A stretch of DNA of 32,000 nt from Halomicronema hongdechloris C2206 (GCF_002075285.3 NZ_CP021983.2:4920001-4952000); one strand, 5' to 3'. Shown: positions 7,917 through 17,720, counted from the stretch's first letter. Numbers and translations: made by a program. The notes: generated from the letters alone by a model not told the origin.

Positions 7917-9782
7917 CTAAATCTGTTGTTTGTTAATAATTGAATGCTGCATTTTCTCCTGAAGTTCTGACAGCGTTAATGCTCCGATTTCTCCTGCCTG
8001 ACGGGTTCGTACACTCAAGGTTTGGTTTTCCACTTCCCGTTTACCAACAACCGCAACCACTGGGATCTTCTCCAACTCAGCCGTGCGAATCTGCTTACCT
8101 AAGCGATCGCCGCTGGCATCCACCTCCACTCGCAAGTCTTGTTGTTGCAGCGCCTGGACTACCTGATTCGCATAGTCCCGCTGAGCATCACTCACGGGCA
8201 ACAACCGCACCTGCACCGGGGCCAGCCACAGGGGGAAATCCCCCGCATAGTTTTCCACCAGAATTCCAAAGAATCGCTCCAGGGAGCCAAAAATGGCCCG
8301 GTGAACCATAATCGGACGCTGCCGGGAGCCATCCGCCGCGACGTAATGCAGATCGAATCGTTCCGGTAGATTAAAGTCCACCTGCAGGGTTGAACATTGC
8401 CAGAGCCGACCAATGGCATCCTGAATCTTAATGTCGATTTTGGGACCGTAGAAGGCACCACCCCCCTCATCAACCACATAGGCCCAACCTTTGCGATCGA
8501 GCGCTTTCTGTAACGCCGAGGTGGCCAGTTCCCAAATGTCGTCGCTGCCCACAGACTTGGTCGGGCGAGTCGAAAGATTCACCTCATAGTCGGTAAAGCC
8601 AAAGTCCGACAAAATTTGTTCGGTCAGGTTCAGCACCCCTAGAATCTCCTCTGTCACCTGCTCGGGCAGACAGAAAATGTGAGCATCATCCTGGGTAAAC
8701 CCCCGCACGCGCATCAGCCCGTGGAGCACCCCAGAGCGCTCATAGCGATACACCGTGCCCAGTTCGGCCCAGCGCATCGGCAACTCCCGGTAAGAATGGA
8801 GCCGATGCTGATAGGTCAGCACATGGAAGGGACAGTTCATGGGTTTGAGCTGATACTGTTGCGCTTCCACCGCCATCTGCTCAAACATGTTCTCCTGGTA
8901 AAAGTCGAGGTGCCCGGAGGTTTGCCAGAGGTCTCGATTGGCAATGTGGGGGGTATAGAGCAGCTCATATCCAGCCTGCAGGTGAGCCTGACGCCAGTAG
9001 TCTTCGATCAGCAGGCGCATGCGGGCTCCTTTAGGATGCCAGAACACCAGCCCACCCCCGGCAGCCTCTTGAATACTGAACAGATCCAGCTCCTGGCCCA
9101 GTTTGCGATGGTCGCGTCGTTTGGCTTCCTCTTTCTGCGTCAGGTAAGCCTGCAGTTGCTCCGGGGTTTCCCAGGCAGTGCCGTAGATGCGCTGGAGCTG
9201 CGGTTGAGTCTCATCACCTCGCCAGTAGGCTCCGGCTACACTTTCCAGGACAAACGCGTCAGGATGCAGCTCGCCGGTGCGGTTCAGGTGGGGGCCAGCG
9301 CACAAATCCCACCAGTAGGGGCGCGTACTGTTAGCGGCGGCTGGTGGCTGATTGAACAGAGACGGTTCTGCGGTAACTGGCAGCGGGTCGGGACAGCCGA
9401 TGTAGTAGCGGGTAATCGGCTCATCGGCGGGAATGCTGTCGAGAATCTCTAGCTTGTAGGGTTCGTTCAGGTGCTCAATCTCAGCCCGGATGTCATCCCG
9501 TTCCACCGTTTCGCGAATGATTGGCAAATTCGCCTGAATGATCCGCCGCATTTCGGCTTCAATGCGCTGCAGATCTTCAGGCGTAAAGGGATCAGCCCGG
9601 TCAAAGTCGTAGTAAAAGCCGGTATCGGTGCAGGGGCCAATGGTGACTTTGGTCTCTGGGAACAGGGTTTGCACTGCCATGGCTAACACGTGGGCACAGG
9701 TATGGCGAAGCCGCTGCAAATGTTGCAGATCGCTAACCGGAGCAGACGCTTTAGTGGGCACGCGGGGCAGTTGGCTAACCAT
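7917..9782 (-). CDS. thrS: Threonyl-tRNA synthetase (no TGS domain; editing and catalytic Zn motifs present)
   Basis: 621 aa, collinear with E. coli ThrRS from the editing domain onward. Motifs: HTCAHVLAMAV, WWDLCAGPH, RDHRKLG, KPMNCPFHV, RGFTQDDAHIFC, MVHRAIFGSLERF. A Fur-family operator lies 18 nt upstream of the start. Confidence 0.95.
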   Translation of the reverse strand: MVSQLPRVPTKASAPVSDLQHLQRLRHTCAHVLAMAVQTLFPETKVTIGPCTDTGFYYDFDRADPFTPEDLQRIEAEMRRIIQANLPIIRETVERDDIRAEIEHLNEPYKLEILDSIPADEPITRYYIGCPDPLPVTAEPSLFNQPPAAANSTRPYWWDLCAGPHLNRTGELHPDAFVLESVAGAYWRGDETQPQLQRIYGTAWETPEQLQAYLTQKEEAKRRDHRKLGQELDLFSIQEAAGGGLVFWHPKGARMRLLIEDYWRQAHLQAGYELLYTPHIANRDLWQTSGHLDFYQENMFEQMAVEAQQYQLKPMNCPFHVLTYQHRLHSYRELPMRWAELGTVYRYERSGVLHGLMRVRGFTQDDAHIFCLPEQVTEEILGVLNLTEQILSDFGFTDYEVNLSTRPTKSVGSDDIWELATSALQKALDRKGWAYVVDEGGGAFYGPKIDIKIQDAIGRLWQCSTLQVDFNLPERFDLHYVAADGSRQRPIMVHRAIFGSLERFFGILVENYAGDFPLWLAPVQVRLLPVSDAQRDYANQVVQALQQQDLRVEVDASGDRLGKQIRTAELEKIPVVAVVGKREVENQTLSVRTRQAGEIGALTLSELQEKMQHSIINKQQI

Positions 9783-9800
9783 GGCAGAATAAAATTGGAA

Positions 9801-9815
9801 TGATAATCATTATCA
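9801..9815. promoter_or_regulatory. Fur-family (Zur-type) operator, copy 3
   Basis: Perfect palindrome TGATAAT-C-ATTATCA. Extended 9795-9817 TTGGAATGATAATCATTATCAAG. Lies in the divergent spacer between thrS and the NACHT cassette. Confidence 0.75.
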
Positions 9816-10000
9816 AGATAGCATTGCTGATGACTCTCGCGAGCACATCTCTCAATGTCGATCGGCAATGCTGCTCAATCAGCACTGGCTGGTAAGATCG
9901 AAATCCAACGTTAGGGTCTGGGAGGCCTTGCCTCAGCAGACTAGGCAAATCTAGAGCAATAGAGCCAAAATTGAGGAGACAAGCGCGTCTCTGGAGGGGC

Positions 10001-10444
10001 ATGGCAGATCCGGTCACCACGTTCACTGCGAGTGCAATAGCGACCCTGGCATTTCAAAAATTCATTGATTCTGCTGCTGGAGAACTCGCCAAGAAATTCT
10101 CCACTGAGGCCATCGCCAAAATGGATACGCTGTTGAAGCGCATCTGGGCGAAGTTGCGGGGCAAGCCTCGGGTGGAAGAGGTTAAAGCGACCCTTGACCA
10201 GAACCACAACATTACCCCTGGGCAGGTTAACCAGATTGCCGCCTACCTTCAGGTGGCTATGGATGAAGACCCGCAGTTTGCCAAGGATATTCAGATACTG
10301 GCTCAGGAAATTAACGCGGGTAAGCTGATTGACCAGAGCAACATGGTGCAGAACAACTACGACCAGGCGAAGGGTTGGCAGACCAAGGTGGAAGGGGGCA
10401 CCGCCTATATTGGTGAAATCCGCATTCAGGGCAAGCCGGATTAG
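10001..10444 (+). CDS. Small all-helical protein (147 aa), adaptor-like partner of the NACHT-TIR protein
   Basis: ATG at 10001 preceded by GGAGGGG (the track ORF starts at TTG 9971). The stop is 12 nt before the next start. Its C-terminal motif MVQNNYDQAKGWQTKVEGGTAYIGE recurs near the N-terminus of the downstream protein (MEQSNRDGAKGFQFLAEDGSIVFIEG). Confidence 0.6.
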   Translation: MADPVTTFTASAIATLAFQKFIDSAAGELAKKFSTEAIAKMDTLLKRIWAKLRGKPRVEEVKATLDQNHNITPGQVNQIAAYLQVAMDEDPQFAKDIQILAQEINAGKLIDQSNMVQNNYDQAKGWQTKVEGGTAYIGEIRIQGKPD

Positions 10445-10456
10445 GAATCGATAAGG

Positions 10457-13400
10457 ATGACTGGCCCCATCGCTCAACTGTGTCAGCTCATAGCGGAGAA
10501 GCTGCGGGATGCACCGAAGGCTACTCTGGCGGAGTTGGTGGCGCATGTGGAAGGGGCGATCGCTGCAAATGCTGAGTTGGCGGCTGCTTTGCAGTCTCAG
10601 CAGCGGATGGAGCAAAGCAATCGAGATGGGGCGAAGGGGTTCCAGTTCCTTGCTGAAGATGGCAGCATTGTTTTTATTGAAGGCACTCACTATCACCTAT
10701 CTGATCCAGAGAAGTTTCAGGCAGCATTGGAAGCTGTGTTGAAAGGCGTCCAGACTGCTGAAGCAAAGACGATCAATTTTGAACGCTACTTACAATCCCT
10801 CGTAACCACCTATCAGCAGTGGTGGAAGCTTTATGCCTTAACCGATGCTGTCGGGCAAATCAAAGAGCAGGAGCAGGAACAATCACTTCCCTCGCCCTTC
10901 GACTTTGGGTTAATGGTGCAGACGGTTTCTAAGGAAAGGAAGCACGCCGGTTCTGAAGCTGATCTCACTCAGGAAAAACGAGAGAAAACGGAACGATTGC
11001 CTGTGTTGGAAGGCATTTGCAAATATGCCAATGACCATGTGTTACTGGTCGGACGCCCTGGTTCTGGGAAATCCACAGCCTTGATTCGACTACTCCTGGA
11101 AATGGCAACTGCCCTCTCCCCCAACCCCTCTCCCAACCTTGGGAGAGGGAAGCCAGAGAGAATTCCTGTTTTGATAGAGTTGCGCTATTGGCAAAACTCC
11201 GTCACCGAGCGTATCCAGGCATTTATCCACAAGCACGATCCAACTCTCTCTTTGGATGAGAGTACGCTCACATCCCTACTGCGCCAGGGACGTTTTTTGC
11301 TGCTGATGGATGGCTTAAACGAGTTGCCATCGGAAACGGCAAGAACCCAGCTTGCCAGCTTTCGCCAGGACCACTCCCAAGTCCCCATGATCTTCGCTAC
11401 CCGAGATTTGGGCCTGGGGGGAGATTTGGGCATTGAAAAGAAGCTGGAAATGCAGCCCCTGACCGAAGGGCAAATGAAAGAGTTTATTCGCGCCTATGTG
11501 CCCTACCAGGCCGAGGCAATGCTGCGGCAACTTAACGACCGTTTGCGGGAGTTCGGCCAAACGCCTTTACTGCTGTGGATGCTCTGCGAGGTCTTTCAGC
11601 AGTCGCCTGAGCACCAAATGCCGCCTAACCTGGCGGGGATTTTTCAGGCATTCACTAGGATGTATGAAGACAGCAGTGTGCGGAAGCATGAGGTAGCACT
11701 GCTGAAAGGGGATGTGAGGCCCCTAAGCGATCGCAGACTTTGGAAGCCCGCCCTGCAAGCTATTGCCGCAACCATGATGCAGGGAGAAACCCCGGTCGAT
11801 TTTCGCAGAGTGATTTCTCGTCATGAAGCAGAAGGGGAACTCAGCAGAATTTTCCCTAATGAAAAATTCCCGGTTCGAGATATTTTAGATGACTTGCTTA
11901 AGTACCACCTATTGCAAAACCGCAGTGCCGACAAAATTGAGTTTCGCCACCAGCTAATTCAGGAATATTACGCGGCGGAATATTTGCTTAAACTGCTACC
12001 AGAACTGACCGATGAGGAATTGAAGCGAGACTACCTCAACCTTTTGAAGTGGACCGAACCCATTGCCCTGATGCTGGCGCTTGTGGACAAGGAAGAGCAA
12101 GCATGTCGGGTGGTTAAACTGGCGATCGATGATGTAGATGTGATTCTGGGAGTGAGGTTCGCAAGGGAAGTAAAGCAAGAATTTCGAGCAAAAACTCATC
12201 ATCTAGTCACAGTGGCAAATGCGCCACGAAAAATTATTAATCTTGCCTTGGCTCTTACTCAGCCAACATCTGCCGATGACGAACTATTCGAATTTTTGTT
12301 CGAACAAAATAGACAAGAAGATTCCCTGGAGATATTAGTAGAGTCTCTATATACTTCTGATTATGATACTCGTGCATATGTCATCGCAAAGTTAACAGAA
12401 AAATACAGCAATGAGTCAATTGAGATTTTAGAAAAGTTTTTAAGGAAAACAACGGATGGAAGTTCTCGTGCTTTAGCCATACCTGCACTAGCTAAGGTTA
12501 GCAATATTAAAGCTATTCATTTAGCGGTGGAAGCGCTTGATGACAATGATTGGTTAGTTAGGTTGGCATCTGCTCAGGCACTTGGAATATGTCGGCATGA
12601 ACCATCAGTTCCCAAGCTTATCGAAATGCTTGAAGACGATGATTATGATGTTCGTGGCGGAGCTGGAAAAGCGCTTGGAAAAATTGGCAGTAATCAAGCC
12701 ATTGAAGGGATTTTAAATGCGTTATCGAAAGCGGATAAGGAATACATCCATGCCGATCATTTTCATCGTTTTCAGATTGAACAAAGATTCATCGTTGAGG
12801 CACTCATAGGTTTGGAGTACACCTCTCATGAATCTCAAAAAGCAGCAATAGAAAAATTGATCAATATCGGTTCTAAGACCGCTTTGCGAGAATCAATCAA
12901 AGAGTTCCAGACTGTAATCGAAAGTAACTCCGAATCGTGGACTAGCATTTTGGAAGCTTTGGCTAAGATCAGCAGCTCGCAAGCGATTGATACTATTCTT
13001 GAATTACTCGATGAAAAAATAGATGACGAAAATCTTCAGCTATTCACTCTCCCTGAAATTATAGAGAGACTAGAAATTCGTTCCGCAATTCCGTCGCTAA
13101 TCAAACTGATTTATGAATCGACAGGAACAGAAAGCATTGCAAATTGTCTAGCCAGTTTGAATGTAGTTGAAATCTTGCCAAGATTAGTTCAACTTTGGAA
13201 AAAAACCGAGGGTGAGCAGTATCGTTCAGCGATTACCAGACTGCAAAATTTTTGTAAATTCTATAACTACGAAGTTGCTTACGGCATCACCCCCCTAGGC
13301 AAAACCATTTCCCTCTATTTCTCCTACGCCCCCGCCGACGAAGCCCTACAAACCCAACTCGCTAATCACCTCACTCTGCTCGAACACCAGGGCGTCATCA

Positions 13401-13759
13401 CCAGTTGGAGTCAGCGTCAAATTCTCCCCGGCGACGAACCCGCTCAAGTCATTAACCAGCAACTCAACACTGCCGACATCATTCTGTTGCTAATCAGCGC
13501 CAACTCCCTCGCCGACGACACCTGCTACGACCTCGAAATCCAACAGGCTATCGAACGGCACCAGGCAGGCGAGGCTCGCGTCATTCCCATTCTGCTGCGT
13601 CCGGTAGACTGGGCCGGTGCGCCCTTTAGCCAGCTTGAAGTATTGCCCAGAAATCATCAGCCCCTCACCACCTGGGCCAATCAAGACGAAGCCTTTCGCG
13701 AAATCGCCGAGGGCATTCGAGCTATCGCAATGGAAGTAAGGAGAGAAAAAGAAGAATAG
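10457..13759 (+). CDS. STAND NTPase: N-terminal helical module - NACHT - HEAT repeats - C-terminal TIR domain (1100 aa)
   Basis: Walker A VLLVGRPGSGKST (nt 11039 onward), Walker B FLLLMDGLNE, and NACHT-type TPLLLWMLC. HEAT/PBS-lyase-type repeats (DWLVRLASAQALG..VPKLIEMLEDDDYDVRGGAGKALGKIGSNQAIEGIL). TIR_2-like C-terminus ISLYFSYAPADE...ILLLISANSLADDTCYDLEIQQAIE, with the putative catalytic Glu codon at 13535-13537. Confidence 0.9.
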   Translation: MTGPIAQLCQLIAEKLRDAPKATLAELVAHVEGAIAANAELAAALQSQQRMEQSNRDGAKGFQFLAEDGSIVFIEGTHYHLSDPEKFQAALEAVLKGVQTAEAKTINFERYLQSLVTTYQQWWKLYALTDAVGQIKEQEQEQSLPSPFDFGLMVQTVSKERKHAGSEADLTQEKREKTERLPVLEGICKYANDHVLLVGRPGSGKSTALIRLLLEMATALSPNPSPNLGRGKPERIPVLIELRYWQNSVTERIQAFIHKHDPTLSLDESTLTSLLRQGRFLLLMDGLNELPSETARTQLASFRQDHSQVPMIFATRDLGLGGDLGIEKKLEMQPLTEGQMKEFIRAYVPYQAEAMLRQLNDRLREFGQTPLLLWMLCEVFQQSPEHQMPPNLAGIFQAFTRMYEDSSVRKHEVALLKGDVRPLSDRRLWKPALQAIAATMMQGETPVDFRRVISRHEAEGELSRIFPNEKFPVRDILDDLLKYHLLQNRSADKIEFRHQLIQEYYAAEYLLKLLPELTDEELKRDYLNLLKWTEPIALMLALVDKEEQACRVVKLAIDDVDVILGVRFAREVKQEFRAKTHHLVTVANAPRKIINLALALTQPTSADDELFEFLFEQNRQEDSLEILVESLYTSDYDTRAYVIAKLTEKYSNESIEILEKFLRKTTDGSSRALAIPALAKVSNIKAIHLAVEALDDNDWLVRLASAQALGICRHEPSVPKLIEMLEDDDYDVRGGAGKALGKIGSNQAIEGILNALSKADKEYIHADHFHRFQIEQRFIVEALIGLEYTSHESQKAAIEKLINIGSKTALRESIKEFQTVIESNSESWTSILEALAKISSSQAIDTILELLDEKIDDENLQLFTLPEIIERLEIRSAIPSLIKLIYESTGTESIANCLASLNVVEILPRLVQLWKKTEGEQYRSAITRLQNFCKFYNYEVAYGITPLGKTISLYFSYAPADEALQTQLANHLTLLEHQGVITSWSQRQILPGDEPAQVINQQLNTADIILLLISANSLADDTCYDLEIQQAIERHQAGEARVIPILLRPVDWAGAPFSQLEVLPRNHQPLTTWANQDEAFREIAEGIRAIAMEVRREKEE
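11112..11149. repeat. In-frame palindromic mini-element inside the NACHT domain
   Basis: CCCTCTCCC-CCAAC-CCCTCTCCCAA-CC-TTGGGAGAGGG. There is a perfect 11-bp stem (11126-11136 / 11139-11149) plus an extra direct copy of the left arm (11112-11120). It is translated as ALSPNPSPNLGRGK just after the P-loop helix. Confidence 0.7.
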
Positions 13760-13815
13760 TAGGGAGTAGAGGAGTAAGGAAGATTGAAAACAGATTAATC
13801 AGGAGGTTGAAAAAC

Positions 13816-14010
13816 ATGATCGAAAAACGTGTAGTTGTAGTGAATAGAACGACGCTCAAATCTTCTCAATCGGACGTGGCTTACTGGCGAAGTCAGACCT
13901 ACGAAGCAAGATTAGCCGCCTTAGAAACTATTCGACGCGAATATCACCAGTGGAAATACAATGCTGAGCCAGGATTTCAGAGAGTTTATCGAATTGTTAA
14001 ACAAGCATGA
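13816..14010 (+). CDS. Small conserved protein (64 aa), antitoxin-like partner of the downstream NTase-fold gene
   Basis: ATG at 13816 follows AGGAGG at a 9-nt spacing. The sequence ...AYWRSQTYEARLAALETIRREYHQW...GFQRVYRIVKQA resembles a small-protein family I recall next to nucleotidyltransferase-fold genes. It overlaps the next ORF by 50 nt. Confidence 0.5.
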   Translation: MIEKRVVVVNRTTLKSSQSDVAYWRSQTYEARLAALETIRREYHQWKYNAEPGFQRVYRIVKQA

Positions 14011-14413
14011 TGTTCGCTATTTAGTGATTGGTGGCTATGCCGTAGCCCTGCACGGACATCCACGGTATACCAAAGATCTAGACATTTGGATAGAAATGGA
14101 GCCATCTAATGCAGCGAAACTTATGAATGCTCTTACAGACTTTGGTTTTGGTTCAGTAGGACTAAACCCAAATGATTTTACAGTCCCAGATCAGGTGATT
14201 CAACTCGGTTATCCGCCCAATCGGATAGATTTAGTAACAACTCCTGACGGAGTTGATTTCGCAACCTGTTACCGAGCTAGGGTGAAAGTACCCATTAATG
14301 GAATTGAAATCAGTTTTATCGATTTGGAGAATCTTAAGCTTAATAAAAAAGCATCAGGCAGACTGCAAGATCTAGCTGACTTAGAAAAGCTGAATGAGCA
14401 AGAAGACAGTTAA
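13961..14413 (+). CDS. Nucleotidyltransferase-fold protein (AbiEii / DUF6036-like)
   Basis: 150 aa, FREFIELLNKHDVRYLVIGGYAVALHGHPRYTKDLDIWIE. This is the typical minimal NTase GG...DxD pattern. Confidence 0.65.
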   Translation: MLSQDFREFIELLNKHDVRYLVIGGYAVALHGHPRYTKDLDIWIEMEPSNAAKLMNALTDFGFGSVGLNPNDFTVPDQVIQLGYPPNRIDLVTTPDGVDFATCYRARVKVPINGIEISFIDLENLKLNKKASGRLQDLADLEKLNEQEDS

Positions 14414-14453
14414 AGTTAGGAGAATTCTGGGAAAGAAAATACCTTGAGTAGGA

Positions 14454-14468
14454 GCGCAGGGCCTGCGC
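14454..14468. terminator. Possible bidirectional hairpin between convergent genes
   Basis: GCGCAG-GGC-CTGCGC followed by CTTTGGG. The T tract is weak. Confidence 0.25.
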
Positions 14469-14602
14469 CTTTGGGTAACAGCCCATAAAATGGGTAATTT
14501 TGTTTCAAGAGATCTCCTTAGAGTTAGAAAAAGTCAAGGGAAAGCGTAATTCCATAAATAACTATGGCTGAGATTCAAGACATTCTCAGTTTGGCATAAC
14601 CT

Positions 14603-16096
<1,494 letters not shown>

Positions 16097-16886
16097 GCAG
16101 ATGAACAACGCCATGAATTTCCTGGAGTGTTGCATCCTGCCCCTACCAGATGGCACTTACCAGCTCCGTCACTTGAGTGGAGCCGTGTGGCAGTCCAGCG
16201 ATTTACAGTCCTGCCTAAAGCTTTGAATACCAACAGACCAGTTTGTGACTGTGCTCCAACCGAGGGGTGGCGGCATAACAAGCGGCATAACAACTTGATC
16301 AGCGGCCATTGTGCTGCCGGGCTCATTGACTGACAAAACCTGCTAGAACCCAGACTATCCAAAGGGTCAGGGAACCTGCCCCCTACAGCATCCGAAATCT
16401 GGTAAGGGCGCGGTTTCCGTGCCCAATGCAGAATCTTTTGTCAGTCAACCAGGCTGCCGGGTCAAGCCGGTCATTCCTTAGGGCTGTATCAATGAGAAGA
16501 GGCCGACATAGCCGAGGATGCCGATATTGCGTAGCTGCATGTCGTTCAAAATAACGCCGCTGAGACCGGCCAGGGCCAGCAGACCGCTGAGGATTAGTAG
16601 GCGCGAATTGCGATCGCAAGTGGACTTCCATAGGTTATGCGGTGGCCATTTGTGACAGGTTAAGCCGTGTGGGCCTGCAATGGGGGACGGGGGTGGCAAG
16701 AGAATGCGATCGCACCCGCAGGAGTCCCCCCGAACTCACTTAGAATCTGGGTCTCTCGCAGCAACTCGGGTGCTTTGCTAAAAAACGCCACAGCGGCGAT
16801 CTAAACTGCAACGGCTGCACTATAGTCGCCGTAAGCCTCGTTCAGTCTGACCCGTCATGGTGACTCAAGTCGAGATTCTGAAAAAC

Positions 16887-17560
16887 TGAAGTGAACCCCT
16901 GGATTCGGACAGTAGATCAAGAGAATTAAGAGATTGACTCTTTTATACCATGCTTTTTCTTGTGTTGTTCATTCCAGTTTTATTCATACTCTTCAGGTAT
17001 TAGATAACCCAGAGACGAATGGATCCTTTTCTTCATATAGACATCCTCCAAGAATTGTCCTATCTGTTGATACGCTTCGGTAAAGTTTCGATAGTCTAAT
17101 AGATCGACTTCCTCCTCTTTAATGGTTCTCATTAAGCGCTCAGCATAGCCGTTTTGCCAAGCTTGTCCTACGTCTGCCAGGTGAGATGAATCTGAGGAAT
17201 ACCTTTTTCTAATCCTCGAGTTAAGGCCGTTATGGTCAGGCTTTGATCCATGCTTCGAGCCAGGTGCCAACCGCGTATGCTACGGGTGAAGACGTCCATT
17301 AAAACGGCCAGATAGACAAATTCCTGCTGCGATCGCATCGGCTGGCACCAGGGAGGCAAGTATATCGACTACTCTGAAGTGACATTCGACACCTCCGCAC
17401 CTCTTGGCCACCTCCCTGGGCGGGTGTTTGTGACGGGGGTTTTTTGGGTTGATGGCGGTTTTGAGTCTCTTCTCTCGCATCCAGACTTGTAAACTGTAGT
17501 TGAAGAGCCCGGAGTGTGGGTCATTTCCCCTGTAATAAAGGGTCATGCTATGCCTGTAAC
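16887..17560 (-). mobile_element. IS3-family element remnant: terminal repeat plus multiply frameshifted orfB (integrase core), orfA missing
   Basis: The outer end TGAAGTGAACCCCTGGATTCGGACAG at 16887 is IS3/IS911-like (TGAAGTG...). ORF pieces 16980..17270 (QNGYAERLMRTIKEEEV...RIHSSLGYLIPEEYE), 17168..17359 (QEFVYLAVLMDVFTRSIRGWHL) and 17280..17546 lie in three different frames. Confidence 0.7.
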
Positions 17561-17613
17561 GCGACCCACACTCCAGGCAATGTTAGAACTCCAATCAGAA
17601 CAGAGGATGTCCA

Positions 17614-17666
17614 TCATTCCGGGTCGCGCTGCGCTTGCCCGGAATCCAGGCAGAGCGCTCTGCGCC
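17614..17666. repeat. Palindromic mini-repeat, family TCATTCCGGG...GGAATCCAGGCAG
   Basis: tcattccgggtcgcgctgcgcttgcccggaatccaggcagagcgctctgcgcc. Related copies occur at 23921-23960 and, inverted, at 31427-31453 and 31555-31575. Confidence 0.6.
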
Positions 17667-17720
17667 AAAGCCAAGGTTTATGCTTGAGTAAGATATGGGC
17701 ATAGCTTGCCCAGGCTAACC

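Noticed and set aside
8679-9452. 257-aa ORF antisense to thrS
   Set aside because: It lies entirely within the well-supported ThrRS frame and has no recognisable motifs.
7917-9782. Claiming that this ThrRS is editing-defective like Anabaena T2
   Set aside because: The editing-domain signature residues I can read (HxxxH, DxCxGPH) are intact, so the sequence does not support the claim.
9941-10696. 251-aa minus-strand ORF spanning the small protein and the NACHT gene start
   Set aside because: It is antisense to two motif-supported, tightly coupled plus-strand genes. Its product is Leu/Arg/Ser-rich and low in complexity.
16101-16226. 41-aa ORF MNNAMNFLECCILPLPDGTYQLRHLSGAVWQSSDLQSCLKL just after hemB
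   Set aside because: It has no recognisable family, no clear RBS, and is too short to support from sequence alone.
16478-16699. Possible DUF2892/YgaP-like small membrane protein (..STCDRNSRLLILSGLLALAGLSGVIL..)
   Set aside because: It has only a TTG start and lacks the C-terminal half typical of the family. It sits in a degraded region, so at best it is another remnant.
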